From: Eledone cirrhosa
Taxonomy: Eukaryota
Length of the DNA: 64,000 nt
Direction: 5' to 3'
NCBI GenBank assembly: GCA_964016885.1
Contig: OZ024740.1
Location: forward strand, 155,000,001 to 155,064,000
The notes under the pieces: generated by a model
What the model saw: the letters and a program-made list of their open reading frames with translations, nothing else
Told to the model about the DNA's origin: nothing
Database searches by the model: none
Translations under genes and position numbers: made by a program
In this document: piece by piece, positions 37,989-52,655 of the stretch
How the letters are laid out: the number at the start of each line of letters is the position of its first letter
Position numbering within the stretch: position 1 is the stretch's first letter

Positions 37989-40402
37989 TATTTGAACTCC
38001 TAACAAAGATTTGTAACTATATACAACAAAAGGTGCTGTTCAATGTTCTACTGGTATCATCACTGAAGATTCTAGAAGTTCATGAAAAAATGAAGATCAG
38101 CCACTGTTGAGTGATCAATTATCCAAATCACTCTAGCAAAAAGGAATATGAGAGAAATGTCAGCTTGATTTCATTGATGGGGTTATTTAGTTTGCTAATT
38201 GCAATAATTAGCTTCAATTCTAAATCGTGTGCCAAATAGCAAGGTGAAACTGGTGCAACACTAATCCACTACCAACACCAAACACCAATAATGAGATACA
38301 TATCATCATCATCGTCACCACCTTTTTATAGCATAGGTTGGAGTCAAACAGGCAAGTAACTGAATGCAGTGTACATATTTGCATGCAAGCTATTCTATGT
38401 GAGTATATGTTTATGTATGAGTGAAAGTGACTATGTGTATATGAATGTGAGTGTGTGTGTAGTATTTGAAGTATTTACTTTTGCTGCCAAGCCAAGTTCT
38501 GGATGAATTAAACCTTTTCCTAATTTCAATTTTTATATGAATACATCTAAATGTATATATCATTGACAGCTGTGACATAATCACTGCCTAAAATACCCTC
38601 AGCAAGACTTATGCATGTTGTTCATAAACCTATTGTATGTGGTTTCATATGTATTTAGATATTTCTTAGAGGACTTTAGGCTCTACAATATTCTAAATTT
38701 TTTGGTCAAGACAAGTGAACACCTTTGTTCTTTTCCTATAAGGGCATAATTTATCCAGAATATTCCAGTTAATAGTATATGGGATCCCTTTATGCTTCAG
38801 GTCCCACACACAACTTGCCAGTGCCGTGGCTGTCCACATTTCCAAATGTTTGAATGATGTAATATGTGATTAGTATCATTGTTTGAACTGGTCTTGTGTC
38901 ATATCCACATATCGTTCTCTGCTCTCTGTGTGGTTGGTTATAGTTGGTAGATAGTAGCTTTATACATGATTGCTTTGGTGTTACATTTTTGGTTGCAGAG
39001 GGCATTCGCCTTTCATCCTGTATGAAGATCCTGAGTTTACATCAGGTTCATTTCTATTTGTAATTTTTGCCTCCAGTGAAGGACCACACGAGCAGCTGAT
39101 CTTCGCTGACTGCCTGTTGAAATTTTCATATACCTATATTCAGGATGGAAATGTTTTACTAATGTTAGTTTTTATTGCTAAGGAATAAGAGGATGTAAAA
39201 GAAATTATATTTCTTTTCCTATTTTCTCATGAATTTTGAGTGGTAGTGTTAGGTATATATTTAATTTTATCTACAAAGCCACTATCCGTGAGTATTTTAT
39301 TATATATATAGAAACAATTGTCCAGCATCCTAGAAATAGCAGCTAAATAGGCTTCAAAGTAGGCCACAATTGTCTTATTAAAAAAAAGGTGTGGGCATTC
39401 AATAATGCAGTCATATATGTACACAATTTCTGGGTGGATGGTTACAGCTGAAACAGGAATGCCTTTTGTTACAACTCTACATGATCAGAGTTAAACTTGG
39501 GCACAACACCACCACCCTAAGTATTAGCCTTAAATAGCAATAATAATGATCTCTTTATTATATTTATTAGCATAATAATATCTTCAATAATAGTAAATAA
39601 ATAAATAAATGAATGAATGAACTAAGAAATGTTATTAGAGCCAGGTAAATTATACCATTTTACAGTGTGAACAAACATAAGAACAGAATAGACAAACAAC
39701 AAGCAACAAGCCTGGCAGCTGGATCAATAATAGTAGAGTTAAAATTAACACCAAATACAAAAAAAAAGGCTTATTTTTGCTGCAGTATCTATTTATTTAT
39801 TCTACAATACCAACAAATACTAATGCATTCCTCTCTCAACGTGGAAATAATGTTTAAAAACCAAAAACAATGCAACTGTTATACATCTACTGAAAGCATA
39901 TAATAAACCTCATCAAATGATAAAAATCAAACAAAAGAGATAAAGATAAAAACATGTATCATCAAAGTAGTTAAATCATTAACTCGTATTGAAAGAGAGA
40001 GAAAGAGAGAGAAAGAGAGAGAGGGAAGGAAGGAGCGAGAGAGAGAGAGAGAGAGAGAGGATATCGTTAGTGATTATCAGCTGCATTTTAATTAATTTCA
40101 TGATAGCTGGTTGTTATGTTGTAAACAACAACAACGACAACAACAAAAACCTTGCAGAAGGCAAGAAACAAAATAAACCATTGACTCTCTTGAATTGTGA
40201 ATTCAAGTTGGAAGATAAATAAAGATATAAATAATAGTGATGATGATGATGATGATGATGATAATTTCCTTTATTAGCTAGACACTGAGGGCAATTCCAC
40301 ATATCAGCATTCATCCATTACAAAACAAGAAATTGTAAAATAATAGTAATAATATATTTTTTGAAAAAGGAGAAGGAGAAGAAGAAAAGAAGAAGAAACA
40401 CC

Positions 40403-41620
40403 ATGAACCATCTTTTATTTATGGATGACATCAAGTTATATGGGAAACCTATGAATGAGATAGATTCATTAGTCCAAACAGTACGGTATGGAATTTAGGA
40501 TAGATAAATGCGACATAATTAAAATTGTGAGGGGAAAGATCAGCTCAGAAGGTATTAAATAACCCAACAATGAAGTTATTCGGACTTTGGAAAGTGGAGA
40601 GGGCTACAAGTACCTTGGAATACTTCAGAGTGACAGACAAAGTTCTTAGCAAATGAATGGAAAAGCCACACAAGAATATTTCAGAAGACTCAAGGTTGTC
40701 CTGGGACCACAACTTAATTATGAAAACATAATAGCAATGATCTCCAGAGTTTGATCTATAATAAGATATGGTGCTGGAATCATTGGTTGGACTGTGGAGC
40801 AGAAGAACATAGGAAAACAAGACAGATGTTAAATATACATTGAAGCCTGCACTCCCAGGCTGATGTTGATTGACTCTACGTGAAAAGAGCAGAATGTGGT
40901 AAAGGACTGATCAGCAGTGAGGAAATAGTTTCAGTTGAGAATGAAAGCTTGAGTAAGTGCATAGAAAGAAGAAGAAAATAAAATCAAGAAAAGTTGTTAA
41001 AGGAGGTTGTAAAGAAATAGCCACAGAACAGAAGGCTAGATTTGAAGCAAAATCATTGCACTCAACCAATTGAAAACACACGGGATGTCAGATATGACAA
41101 CGACACGTAGACATGGTTATGAGGAGGATATCTGAAGAAGGAAACAGAAGATTTTATTATGGCAACCTAAGATCAGGTGATAAGGAAAAATTGGATCAAA
41201 GTCAATGAGAATAAGGTGGTCACATCACCTCTTTGTAGAATGTGTGGAAAGGTGAATGAGACAATTAGCCATATTGTCTCAAAATGCTTACAACTGGTTC
41301 AGAATGAATACAAACCTTGGAGACATGGTAACGTGGCAGCAATAATATATTGGTGACTATGTAAAGACTTCGGTTTTAATTGTAGTGAAAAATGGTATCA
41401 CCACTTTGTGGCAAAAGAGATGAAAGTGTTGGAAAATGATGAAGTCAAAATTCTATGGGATATTACAATACAAATGGAAACAAAGATTGATCATAACAAA
41501 CCAGATATAGTGTTGATATTCAAGAAAGAAAAAAATGCTTTATTGTAGAGGTAGCCTACCTTTTTGATATGAGGAAAAAGAAAAGAAAAGGTGAAGTAAA
41601 TACTGGTACCAATAATTGTA
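40403..41620 (+). mobile_element. Degraded R4/Dong-type non-LTR retrotransposon (RT, CCHC, restriction-like endonuclease)
   Basis: NHLLFMDDIKLYG, GMEFRIDKC, YKYLGI, CRMCGKVNETISHIVSKC, RHGNVA, KILWDITIQ..IDHNKPDIVL; many stops. Confidence 0.85.
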
Positions 41621-43492
41621 AAAGACAATCTTGCTAAAAATTGCAACAAATTGGATTTGATCTTGGTATAGAGCATGTGGAAAACCCATGTTATTGGCGC
41701 TGCCAGAATATTCGAAAAGAGATTGAAACCACATAGAACAGAATGCAATTTTTATTATCATATGTCTCAAGATGGAGCCTGATGGTAAGAACAATAATAT
41801 TGGTAGTTAACATCAACATAAATAATAATAATGAAAGCAGCAGCAAAATTAAAATTTTTGCATGATAAAATGTTACCCATTTTATAAATTTTCAGTTGTC
41901 AGAGAATTTTAACAAGTTAATTTGAAGTGGAGGAGGAAAAGAAAACTTAAGAGTAACAGAAAAAGCTTGTTCATTTTTAGAACTGAAATACTCTAATTTT
42001 TTTGATACCAACTCACCCCTGGTTCTATAGTGAAGTGTTTGTTTTAAGGTGTTTATATTTAAAGTCAAACCTTTCATTATAATTTTTATATAAGAGTCTT
42101 GTTTCTTACACAGGCTTAATAAGAAGTTTAGTTATATTACTAAATATCTCCAAATTGTTGACTATTTTCAAAATTATTTGAAAATCATAGGAAGGGTCTT
42201 TTATTAGAAATATGTTAATGAAAAGGTTAATAGCAAAACACTAGTCAGTTCATCCTCCATGTCACACCATTACACAAAATCTTGTGTATATCTCAGTTTT
42301 TAGAATAAGTATACCATATCACTGTATATTGAATGCAACATTAACAAGAACACCCAACTGTAAATTGTTACCTTAAAAGGTCCCTTCTGCCAAAAATATT
42401 CCAGTGTTCAATAAACACTAGTATATACACACACTATGTTATGCTAATTCTGCCTGAAGATTAAATTAACCTTTTTGTGATCATATTTCTAATGAAATAC
42501 ATTGTATATGCATTTTGAATTAACTTTTTAAGTTAACCAAGAATGTTGAGGAGTTAAATAAGATATCTAGCATTTACATTATTAAGCTAAAGTTTATGTA
42601 GAACAAAAGATTTTTTAATAAAATTATGATAGAAAGCTTAAATTTAAATATAAACACATTAAAATACACAGTCTCAAGTGGGTTGGTACCAAAAGGGCTA
42701 CAGGTACACTTGTCTTTAGAATATTCAGCCACTTGCATCATCAAAATCATCATCATCACCACCACCACCACAGTTTAACGTCTATTTTCCATGCTTGCAT
42801 GGGTTAGTAGTATACCCTATCACCATGCACTGTAATATAATAGATAGGTAGACCAACTGGAATACTCATCAAACCCATGGAGGTTTCATTTACGATTTAT
42901 CGAGATATGCAATTAATATCTGTATGATCTACACAAAATAATAATAACAAAGACCATCAGAGTGAGAAGTATGTAGGCTACATTTACTGTAAGCAGTAAA
43001 TCAATTCACAAGGTAGGAGGAGAGAAAGGGGTGCATACTCTGGTATATGTGCCATTGTAATTAATCAAAATTAACATGTCTATACCCACCACTCAGAGTT
43101 TGTTATTACATCATAATGGCAACCATCCATCAGTCAGTTAAGGCAAACAAATTCTTTAATTAGAGGTGCACTAAATTAATAAGATAATTATTATCATATT
43201 GGCTTATTGTGAACATAAACACACACAGACATACCCCAACTCTAGACAGAAATTGTAACTTAAGTAACCTTCCCTCCAAATAGAAACATCAAAATATTTC
43301 TCTATAGATATACATTCACTCTAGCACATATAGTTTAATATTAATGATTTCTACTGTAGGTACAAGGCCAGCAATTTTGGGTAAGGGGAGGTCGATTACA
43401 TCGATCCAGTACTTGACAGGTACTTTATTTTATCGACCTAAGACAAATGTAAGGTAAAGTTAACCTCAAAAGGATTTGAACTCAGAACTTAA

Positions 43493-43715
43493 CTCTTTAG
43501 CATTTACATTACTCTATATATATACTATTATATTTTCATAGTAAAGGCTTTATCTTACATAATTATCCCACATAATGTAAAATCTATGAGATTTTGATAT
43601 TATTTATTTTGCGAACAATACCATAACATCTATATGAGCAGCCAGTTACAGCTGGTTTGTACAGAAAGAGGTGAGAGAATTCTGGCTGGATACAGCTGGT
43701 TTAAATGCTAAAGGG
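43493..43715. mobile_element. MITE family C inserted into an older B-like SINE (~43345-43780)
   Basis: TTAA-ctctttagcattta...taaatgctaaaggg-TTAA. Host SINE reads ggatttgaactcagaac|...|agagcaggaacaaat. Confidence 0.85.
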
Positions 43716-43790
43716 TTAAAGAGCAGGAACAAATTCTGTAATACATTATTGTCTAATACTCTACTGATTCTGTCAGCCACAATACTTGAC

Positions 43791-45108
43791 TCATCATCAC
43801 CGTTTTACGTCCGTTCTTCCACGCTAGCATGGGTTAGACGGGTTGTCCTGTTGTGGGCAATATCTGGTCGGCTGACCATGCCTTGCTCATACAGGAACTG
43901 ATTTGGCTTGATTTCTACAGCTGGATGCCCTTCCTAACACCAACCTCATTTACAGTGAGTGCTGGGTGCTTTTCGTGGCGCCTACACGTCCACTTTACAG
44001 TGTGGGCTGGGTGCTTTTTTGCCGTGGCACCTCCACAACCAGCTTGCAGTGGGAGGGTTTTGGGGGCATATTGTCTATATGCTTCAGCTTGTACCCATGG
44101 GAGGTCGGGTACTCTGTATTACTGCGTGACGCCAGAGGTCACGGTTGTGTGTCGCCTTTGAGAGGTGTAATTGGGTAAGGTCGGCTTTTATCACCTCATC
44201 CCAGGTCATCTTGGGTCTCCCCACTCCGCGGTTTCCATCGACTTCTAGTGCTCTGCATCTTTTTATGCAGCTGTCATCCTTCATACGCATCACATGTCCA
44301 TACCAACGCATCCGCCTCTCCTGCACACAGCATTTGATTCCTCTTATGCTCAGTCTCTCTCTCAATTCATTTATGCTTTGTCGTTCGCGTATATTACTAT
44401 TACACATCCATCGGAGCATGCAGGCTTCGTTTCTCTCTAATCTACGTAAGTCTTCCACCTTCAGCGCCCAGGTCTCACTACCATGTAACATTGCTGTTCG
44501 GATACACGCATCATACAGAAGCCTTTTGCAGCTAGCAGTGGCAGTAGTTCACTGAACTTCTTCCATCCCGTTCTTACCCTAGTTATTGTACTTTCTGAAC
44601 ACCCACCTCCGCTGCTAATTCAGTCACCTAGGTAGCAGAAGCTGTCTACTGTCTCTACAGAGCCCTCCCAGAGATTGGTGGTACTTGTTTACTGTGGCTG
44701 CTTGCTGTCTCAGTACAGCTGCTGCATGTGAAGCCTACATTCTTAATTAAGCTTCCTGAGATCCCGCTACATCTCTTGTGTACCCATTGTTTGCATTTGG
44801 GGCAGAGGATGGAGTTCCTACCTACACCTTTCCTACATACTGAGCAAGGCCATTTCCCTGAGGGGATCTGGGTTCTGTTTTCTCGTCTACTTACAAGGAC
44901 CTTAGTCTTTGTCATGTTGACTTTGAGACCCTTTCTTTCTAGTCCCTGCTTCCAAGTTTGGAATTTCTTCTCTAGTTCTACCATAGATTCAGCTATAAGT
45001 GCGAGGTCATCTGCATACAGGAGTTCCCATGGGCATCCGGTCTTAAACTCCTCCGTTATTGCCTGCAGGACTATGATGAACAGGAGAGGGCTAAGAACAG
45101 AGTCCTGA
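43791..45108 (-). mobile_element. 5'-truncated RTE LINE subfamily 3
   Basis: ORF pieces 44655-44984 and 44084-44491; YADD, C4HC3 finger, 3'UTR, (GAT)n tail. Confidence 0.95.
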
Positions 45109-45274
45109 TTTTATTTTTTTTGGTTCCTGAAGCAAGAAAAGTAAAGTTGACCTTGGCAGGATTTGAACCCAGAACAAATGACAAGGTATTTAATCTAACA
45201 TTCTAACAATGCTGCCAATTTGCCACATATGTATTGCAGTCATAATCTTCAATATATACATATATACATATAAA

Positions 45275-47027
45275 GGATTGGTGCAGCAGCATCATTGTCA
45301 ACTGCTACAAGGATAAAGGTGATGCACTAGAGAGGTATAAAACTGATGGACCAGGTCATGAAAGTAACTGAAAGAGTTATAGCACAGTTGATTAGGGACC
45401 GGGTAAAACTAGATGAGATGCAATTTGGGTTTGTGCCAGGAAAAGGCCCCACTAATGCCCTCTTCCTCGTGAGGCAGTTACAGGAAAAGTACCTAGCTAA
45501 AAGTAAGCTGCTCTACCTGGCATTTGTCGATCTGGAAAAAGCCTTCAAAAGAGTCCTCCATGCTATAATCTGGTGGGCTCTTAGAAAACTAGTAGTAGAT
45601 GAATGGCTTGTGAAAGTTGTACAAGCCATGTATAGGGGGGCAGTCAGCAAATTTAGGGTTAGCAATGACTATAGCGAGGAATTTAGCATACAGGTCGGTG
45701 TCCACCAGGGCTCTGTTCTTAACCCTCTCCTGTTCATTATAGTTTTGCAGGCAATAATGGAGGAACTCCTATATGCGAATGATCTCACACTTATAGCTGA
45801 ATCTATAGTGGAACTAAAGAAGAAATTTCAAACATGGAAGCAAGGACTAGAAAGAAAGGTTCTCAAAGTCAACCTGACAAAGACTAAGGTCCTCGTAAGT
45901 AGATGAGAAAACAGAACCCAGATCCCCTCAGGGAAATGGCCTTGCTCAGTATGTAGGAAAGGTGTAGGTAGGAACTCCATCCTCTGCCCCAAATGCAAAC
46001 AATTGGTACACAAGAGATGTAGTGGGATCTCAGGAAGCTTAACTAAGAATGTAGGCTTCACATATAGCAGCTGCGCTGGGACAGTAAGCAGCAAACGGTC
46101 ACAGGAAACAAGCACCACCAAACTCTGTGAGGGCTCTGTAGAAACAGTAGACAGCTTCTGCTACCTAGGTGACTGAATTAGCAGCGGAGGTGGGTGATCG
46201 AAAAGTACAATATCTAGGGTAAGAACGGGATGGAAGAAGTTCAGGGAGCTACTACCACTGCTAGCTGCAAAAAGCTTTTCCCTCAAAATGAAAGGCAGAC
46301 TGTATGATGCGTGTATACGAACAGCAATGTTACATGACCTGAGCACTGTCTGTAGAAGACTTGCGTAGGTTAGAAAGAAACGAAGCTTGCATTCTCCGAT
46401 GGATGTGTAATAGTAATATACGCGAATGGCAAAGCATAAACGAATTGAGAGAGAGACTGAGCATAAGAGGAATCAAATGCTGTGTGCAGGAGAAGAGGTT
46501 GTGTTGGTATAGATATGTGATGCGTATGAAGGATGACAGCTTAATAAAAAGGTGCAGAGCACTAGAAGTCGATGGAAGCCGCAGAGTGGGGAGACCCAAG
46601 AAGACCTGGGATGAGGTGATAAAAGCCAACCTTACCAAACTGCACCTCTCAAAGGCGATGAAACACGACCACGACCTCTGGCGTCACGCAGTAATACAGA
46701 AGACCTGACTTCCCACAAGTACAAGCCGAAGCATATAGACAATATGCCCCCTCCCCCTCCCACTGCAAAGTGGCCGTGAAGGTGCCACGGCATAAAAGCA
46801 CCCAGCCCACACTGTAAAGTGGACGTGTAGCCCCCACGGAAAAAAAGCACTCATCACTCATTGTAAATGAGGTTGGTGTTAGGAAGGGCATCCAGCTATA
46901 GAAATCAAGCCAGAATCAGCTCCCGTATGAGAAAGAGAAAGTCAGCCGACCAGACACTACCCACAACAGGACAACCCGTCTAACCCATGCTAGCGTGGAA
47001 GAACGGACATAAAACGGTGATGATGAT
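45275..47027 (+). mobile_element. 5'-truncated RTE LINE subfamily 3 (multiple stops)
   Basis: ORF pieces 45346-45906 and 46361-46708; 3'UTR and (GAT)n tail. Confidence 0.95.
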
Positions 47028-49151
47028 ATCTAAGAATGTGTGCATATGTATAAAATAAGAGGTTTGTACTGGTGCAAAATTTTGAGAAATGATTACTGAG
47101 CGAAACTAGTGAACATAGCCCCTATCCCTGAGTGGGAAAAAAAACCAAAACATTCCCCTCAACAGAAACAAATCCTTTACAGTCTATAAACTATAGACTT
47201 CATATCAACTCCCTCAAGGAATGTTTTAGCAGTTCATTAAAAAAAGAAATATAGTTTTATGGAAGGTGGTGATGGTATGAGGTAGATATATAAAAAAAAA
47301 ACTTCATTTAAGTACCATATATTTTGCTGTCATTTGTTGAATCACTACGTTGCAGAAAGCATTGTGTGTAAGATGTCACAGCTTGCTTCCAATATGGACT
47401 ACATCCAATGTCTCACATGCACACACACACGTGTGTATGTTTGTGTCTCCCTATCCACCACATGTCTTCATTGGGCAATTGAAACCACTAGTGATGACAT
47501 TTGTTTATGTCCTCCACAAAGAAACATCCCGCAGTTCAGCAGTCCGATACACAGAGGCCAGTACTTTACTTAAAATAAAATTTAAAAAAAGGAGCCTTCA
47601 CTTCAGGAAAAGCGTGTAGCCTTAGAATACTGCTTCAAACTCATCCATCATGTGCTAGCAAGGGGTTAAAAAAAAATTCAGGTGTAAAAACAATCATAGG
47701 TAGGCTACCTAAAAGTGATTATAATTAAACTAGAGTTTTTATCAGTATTACATTTAGAAAGATTTCTGCCTGTATACACACATGTAAGATTTACACATGT
47801 ATACACACATATGGCAGTGAATTAGCAAAATCATTAGGATGTTAGATTAAATGCCTAAGTTTCTGTTCTGGTTCATTGCATTCTGAGTTCAAGTCCCACC
47901 AAAATCAACTTTGCCTTTCGTCCTTTTGAGGTCTATAAATTAATAACCAGTCTAGTACTGGAGTCGATTCTTTCTCTAACTATCACTTTTTCTGGAAGAA
48001 ATTGGTAGTGTTCAGACATGGAGTGAGATGGGCTCTGCCAGGCTTAAAATACCCAAGACATAGTGTGTCAGGGCAGTGCTGTTACGACTCCATCAAGAGT
48101 TAAGATCTCTTTTCTATAGACACACACACACGCTACAATCAGACAGCAATATAAACATATGAGCATAAAACTTGCATGCATGCTCACACATGATATGCAC
48201 ATATTCTAGCTAGTTCTACCAAAACAGTAAGTAAGACTATACTCTAATGGACTTAACGGATTATCATTCTATCAGCAGCATGTGTTATGCATCACTCATC
48301 ACCACCATTACCACTGCCAATAAACCAGATACTCATGAAAATCAATTCAACTAGCTAAGCAACTATTGAAATATTTTTTATACTTTCTTTTCAACACAAG
48401 TTTTATCTTTTAAATTAAAATTTATGTCTCATGAATAGATGAAGAGAGAAAGATGGTGATTCAGAAAGAGTAAAAAAAAAATAAAATAAAGATAATAAAA
48501 TAAAATGAAATTTTTTTTTCACAATATATATTTCAATAAGATGAAAAACATGAAAATATTTCAATAGTTCAAGCTCACTTTATTATTGATATTTTATTTG
48601 ATAATATCTTTAGACAAAGAAAATATTTCATAATAATAATATTTATAGAGGGCAGTGGATTGGCAGTATTAGAATGTCAGACAAAATGTTTTATAGTATT
48701 AGTTACAGTCCTTTATGTTCCAAGTTCAAATCCTGCTGCTTGGGTTGATAAACTAAAACAGAAGCAAAATACTAATGCTGATTTAATCAACTTCCCCCTC
48801 CCCCAAAATTGTTGGCCTTATTCCTAAATCAGAAACCATTATTATTATAATCATTATTTATTAAAATCGTTAGAACCATCAAATAATATGTCTTGTATTT
48901 GTTCTATGTTCTGAGTTCAAATACTGCTGGGGCCAAATTTGCTATTCATCCTTCCATGGTCAATAAAATATAAGTACCAGTCAAGTACTGGGGTCCGTTT
49001 GATTTTCCCATGCCTGAAAATTCTGACCTGGTGCCTAAATTAGAAAGCATTATTATTACAATCTGGAAGGCAGTACAAGTTATGGTTTTATAAACAAAAG
49101 TGTGGAATAAGAATTTTATGTTGTTGCAGTTTAAACTTAGGTCATCCTTAA

Positions 49152-49361
49152 GCCTTTAGCATTTAAACCAGCCATATCCGGCCTGAATTCCTCACCTCTT
49201 TCTGTTCAAACTGGCTGCTCATACTGATGTTAAGGTATTGTACTCAAAATAAATAACATCAAAATTTCATAGATTCGATATTATGAGAGATAAGTATGTA
49301 AGGTAAAGCTTTTATGGTGAAAATATAATAGTAAATATAGAGTAATGTAAATACTAAAGGG
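49152..49361. mobile_element. piggyBac-type MITE family C
   Basis: TTAA-gcctttagcattta...taaatactaaaggg-TTAA. Confidence 0.86.
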
Positions 49362-50039
49362 TTAATTGAGCATTGGCTATTCCAGCTATAACCATCTCAC
49401 CATATTTTTATGCATAGCATTCCTTGCACTACATTATCTAACATGCTCTACTGTCTTATGTTATGTATGTCTGAACCAATGAGTGAGAGTACTACATGGC
49501 AGTAAGACATGTTAGATACAGCAGTCAGTTCTCCCATAAACTGCATCCTCGTATTACTTTGATACAATACCAGGCATTGAGGTATCTCTGCTAATATATA
49601 TTGCTTTGCAACCATGTGATTTTGGGTTCATTCCCACTGTGGAGCGATTTGTATCAACCAATGCCTAGTGAGTGAACAGTTTATATCATCATTACTTTTC
49701 TGTCTATGTTTTCCATACTGACACACAATGCATGAGATGTTTTTGACAACAACCTACCATTCATATTGTTTAGATGGGACATAAATGCCACCAGTTGCTT
49801 TAACCCATTTGATACTAAAATTATGATGGAAGGTTTGTGAATAAATATAAACACTTTAGGATAAAAATTAATTAATAAAGTATGGGTTGGTTAGGAAGGG
49901 TATCTGGGCATAAAAAAAACTGCCTCAGCTAACTCATGCCAGAATGGAAAGGCAGCTATAAAAAAAAAAAAAAAAAAAAAATAAAACCGACAACCTCAGT
50001 TCCCAATTCACACCATAAAGCAGCTATCCTGGAGCCACA

Positions 50040-50402
50040 ATAATAAGCGCTCAGTCCACACTGTAAAGTGATCGTGTAGGTGTCATGACAAAAAGTACCC
50101 AGTCCACACTTAAGTGGTTGTGTTGGTGACATGACAAAGTATCCAGTTGACACTGTAAAGTGGTCATGTAGGAGTCATGATAAAAAGCGCCCAGTCAACA
50201 CTATAAAATGGTTGTGTAGGTATCACGACAAAAAGCACCCAGTACACCATGTAATGTAGTAGCATTAGGAAGGGCATCCAGCCGTAGAAACCAAGCCAAA
50301 ATCAGTTCTGTGCAAAACACGGTCCGCCGACCTGGCTGTCTCACAACGGGACAACTCATCTAACCCATGCTAGTCTGGAAAATGGACGTTAAACGATGAT
50401 GA
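50040..50402 (+). mobile_element. RTE-3'UTR-derived element with ~40-bp tandem repeats
   Basis: About 5 units like those at 19288-19560, then the RTE terminal motif and (GAT)n. Confidence 0.8.
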
Positions 50403-51946
50403 ATATGAGTATGTCTATGTATACATATATATGCATAGAGAAAAAGAGTGTATGAAGAAAGCTTGATTATTTAGGTATGTGATGAGAATGGTAGAAAGGG
50501 AATGTTATTAAGTGGTAGTGTATCAATGGCTGTAGCCATAGCCAAAGTAGGAGGACAATTAAAGTGATGGGAGTAGTAAGAACAGTTACTAGCTACAATG
50601 TCAGAATATTACAGTGGCTCACAGAAAGATTGAACTGATAGAAATAGAGTAAGATGACACTGCAGACTAGCAACAACAGAACATGAATAATGCAACAAGC
50701 CAACCAGCAAGAAAGCCTCTCTAGTGCTCTTAATAGACCTGCTAAAATTAGCAGCCAAATCGCCATCAATCAAATCACACTGTCTTAAAAGAGGAAGGTC
50801 ACATTGGATAATGTAGTCTTATGGAGAAAAAAGTGGGGAATGCTTTCTTTGATCTTGGTGTGCTAGATAATGGCAGACCTAGATTTAAAGAACAACAGCA
50901 ATGAATAATATAATGTATTCAGTCATCATCATGCACACACACAATTCTGTTGATTCTTTTTTCCTTTATATCATTAACACATGCCAATATACTGTGGAAT
51001 AATATTCCTTCATCTAAATATATTTGTGCACATATAACTGTGTTTGCAACCACATGGTTTTGGATTTGATCCCAATGCATGCTACATTGGGTAAGTGTTG
51101 CTTACTTCACCCTTGGACAGACCCAATGTCTTTTGAGTGAAAATTGGTAGCCAGAAACTGGACAGCATGTTTTCACATTGATAGTGCATAGGCAGTGGTG
51201 ATGTTTGTTTATATTCCACAGCTCAGTGGAACAAATGTCTGACTTAATCAAGAGTTGTCCAACCTATGCCAACAGGGAAAAAGTAGATGGAAAAATGATG
51301 ATGATGAATTTTACTTTAAAATAATCAGTTTGAATGCAAAATAGATTTACTGCCTCAAAGTCAATAAAATAAGTCCCAGTCAAATACTGGAGTTGATTAA
51401 ATCAGCTATAGGCTCCAGTAAAATTATGCCTAAGAAACCATAATTATTGTTACTGTTATTCTACATTCATTTTTACATCCTATTACTTAACTTCAAAGAA
51501 AATGATTTGTGATCTAGGCAAACTAAGGCAAATAGTTATGTGCCTTTCTTCAGCAACACAATAACATTTCTTGAGATAGTAAAGATTGTCAGTAATCTAA
51601 CAATACCATTATTAAAATACATTATAATTTATCTTTATACAGAAGACTGGGTTAATCTTTCAACCCACGAACTGTGTCCTAAAAAAGTAAAAATGCAATG
51701 AAATTTATAACTCACACTTATGCAAGTTTAGCTAGTCTCCTACAAAGTTGTATCTCATAAGTTTCTCGGTGTTTAAGGAGCCTTCCCACATGATCCTCTC
51801 AGGAATAAGTGGGCAAAGAAGAAGAGAAGAGCAGGCCCCAGCCCCATCGTGAAAAGCAGTGTGAAATGAAGTATCTTGCTAAAAAAAACAATGAGCATTT
51901 CTGGTCCAGGAATCGAACTCACAACTTTATAATCATGTGTCCCGGC

Positions 51947-52271
51947 CAGAGGTTCTCAAAGTGGGCGTGCCCCCACCAACGAGGGTGGGGGTGGGGGGCA
52001 TTGAGAAGGTCCAGGGGGTGCTGGGTAGAAATGATATAATAGTATATTAAATATCAAATGATACATATATATAAATATAGTAAAATAAAAAATACATTTA
52101 TTTATACATAGTATATATTATATTATTTATTATATATAAATTAATGATTTTATTTATTATATATTTACAATTTGCATGTAAGGCAGGTCTCTGTGAAAAA
52201 AGGGTTGGCTGCGTTGAGGGTATTACATGGCCGTGAGGATGGTGGTGGCCCAAAAAGTTTGAGAACCTCTG
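51947..52271. mobile_element. hAT (Charlie-like) MITE
   Basis: Perfect TIR cagaggttctcaaa / tttgagaacctctg; 8-bp TSD not clean. Confidence 0.75.
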
Positions 52272-52516
52272 GTTTGGCCATACACCTAGAAAGTTGATAA
52301 GGCCAAAAAGCAAATCTCATCAAGAACACAGAACCATACATATTTCTTTCTCTACTGATATACTGGTGTTTTAATCCTGTTGATACCAAGCCATCTGAAA
52401 CTATTCCTGGTTGCTCAATGCAAAACCATTTTAAAATGTTTATATTTATCTAAAAACCTTCCATCATAATTTTATGTAAGAATCTTTAAGATATAGTCCA
52501 AACACCAACTAAATAA

Positions 52517-52655
52517 TTGTTTCTACGTTAGGCACAAGGCCAGCAATTACCCAGTGTATTACTGGTACTTTATTTTATCGACCCCGTAAGGATGAAAGAC
52601 AAAGTTAACCTCGGCGGGATTTGAACTCAGAATGGCAAGGGCCGTAACTCTATGC
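52517..52655 (-). mobile_element. SINE family B (truncated) inside MITE family D
   Basis: aaataat flanks both sides; MITE D sequence lies on either side. Confidence 0.75.

Noticed and set aside
42368-42410. QKGPFK|gt resembling the AEBP2 finger linker
   Set aside because: No upstream His pair or open exon; likely chance.
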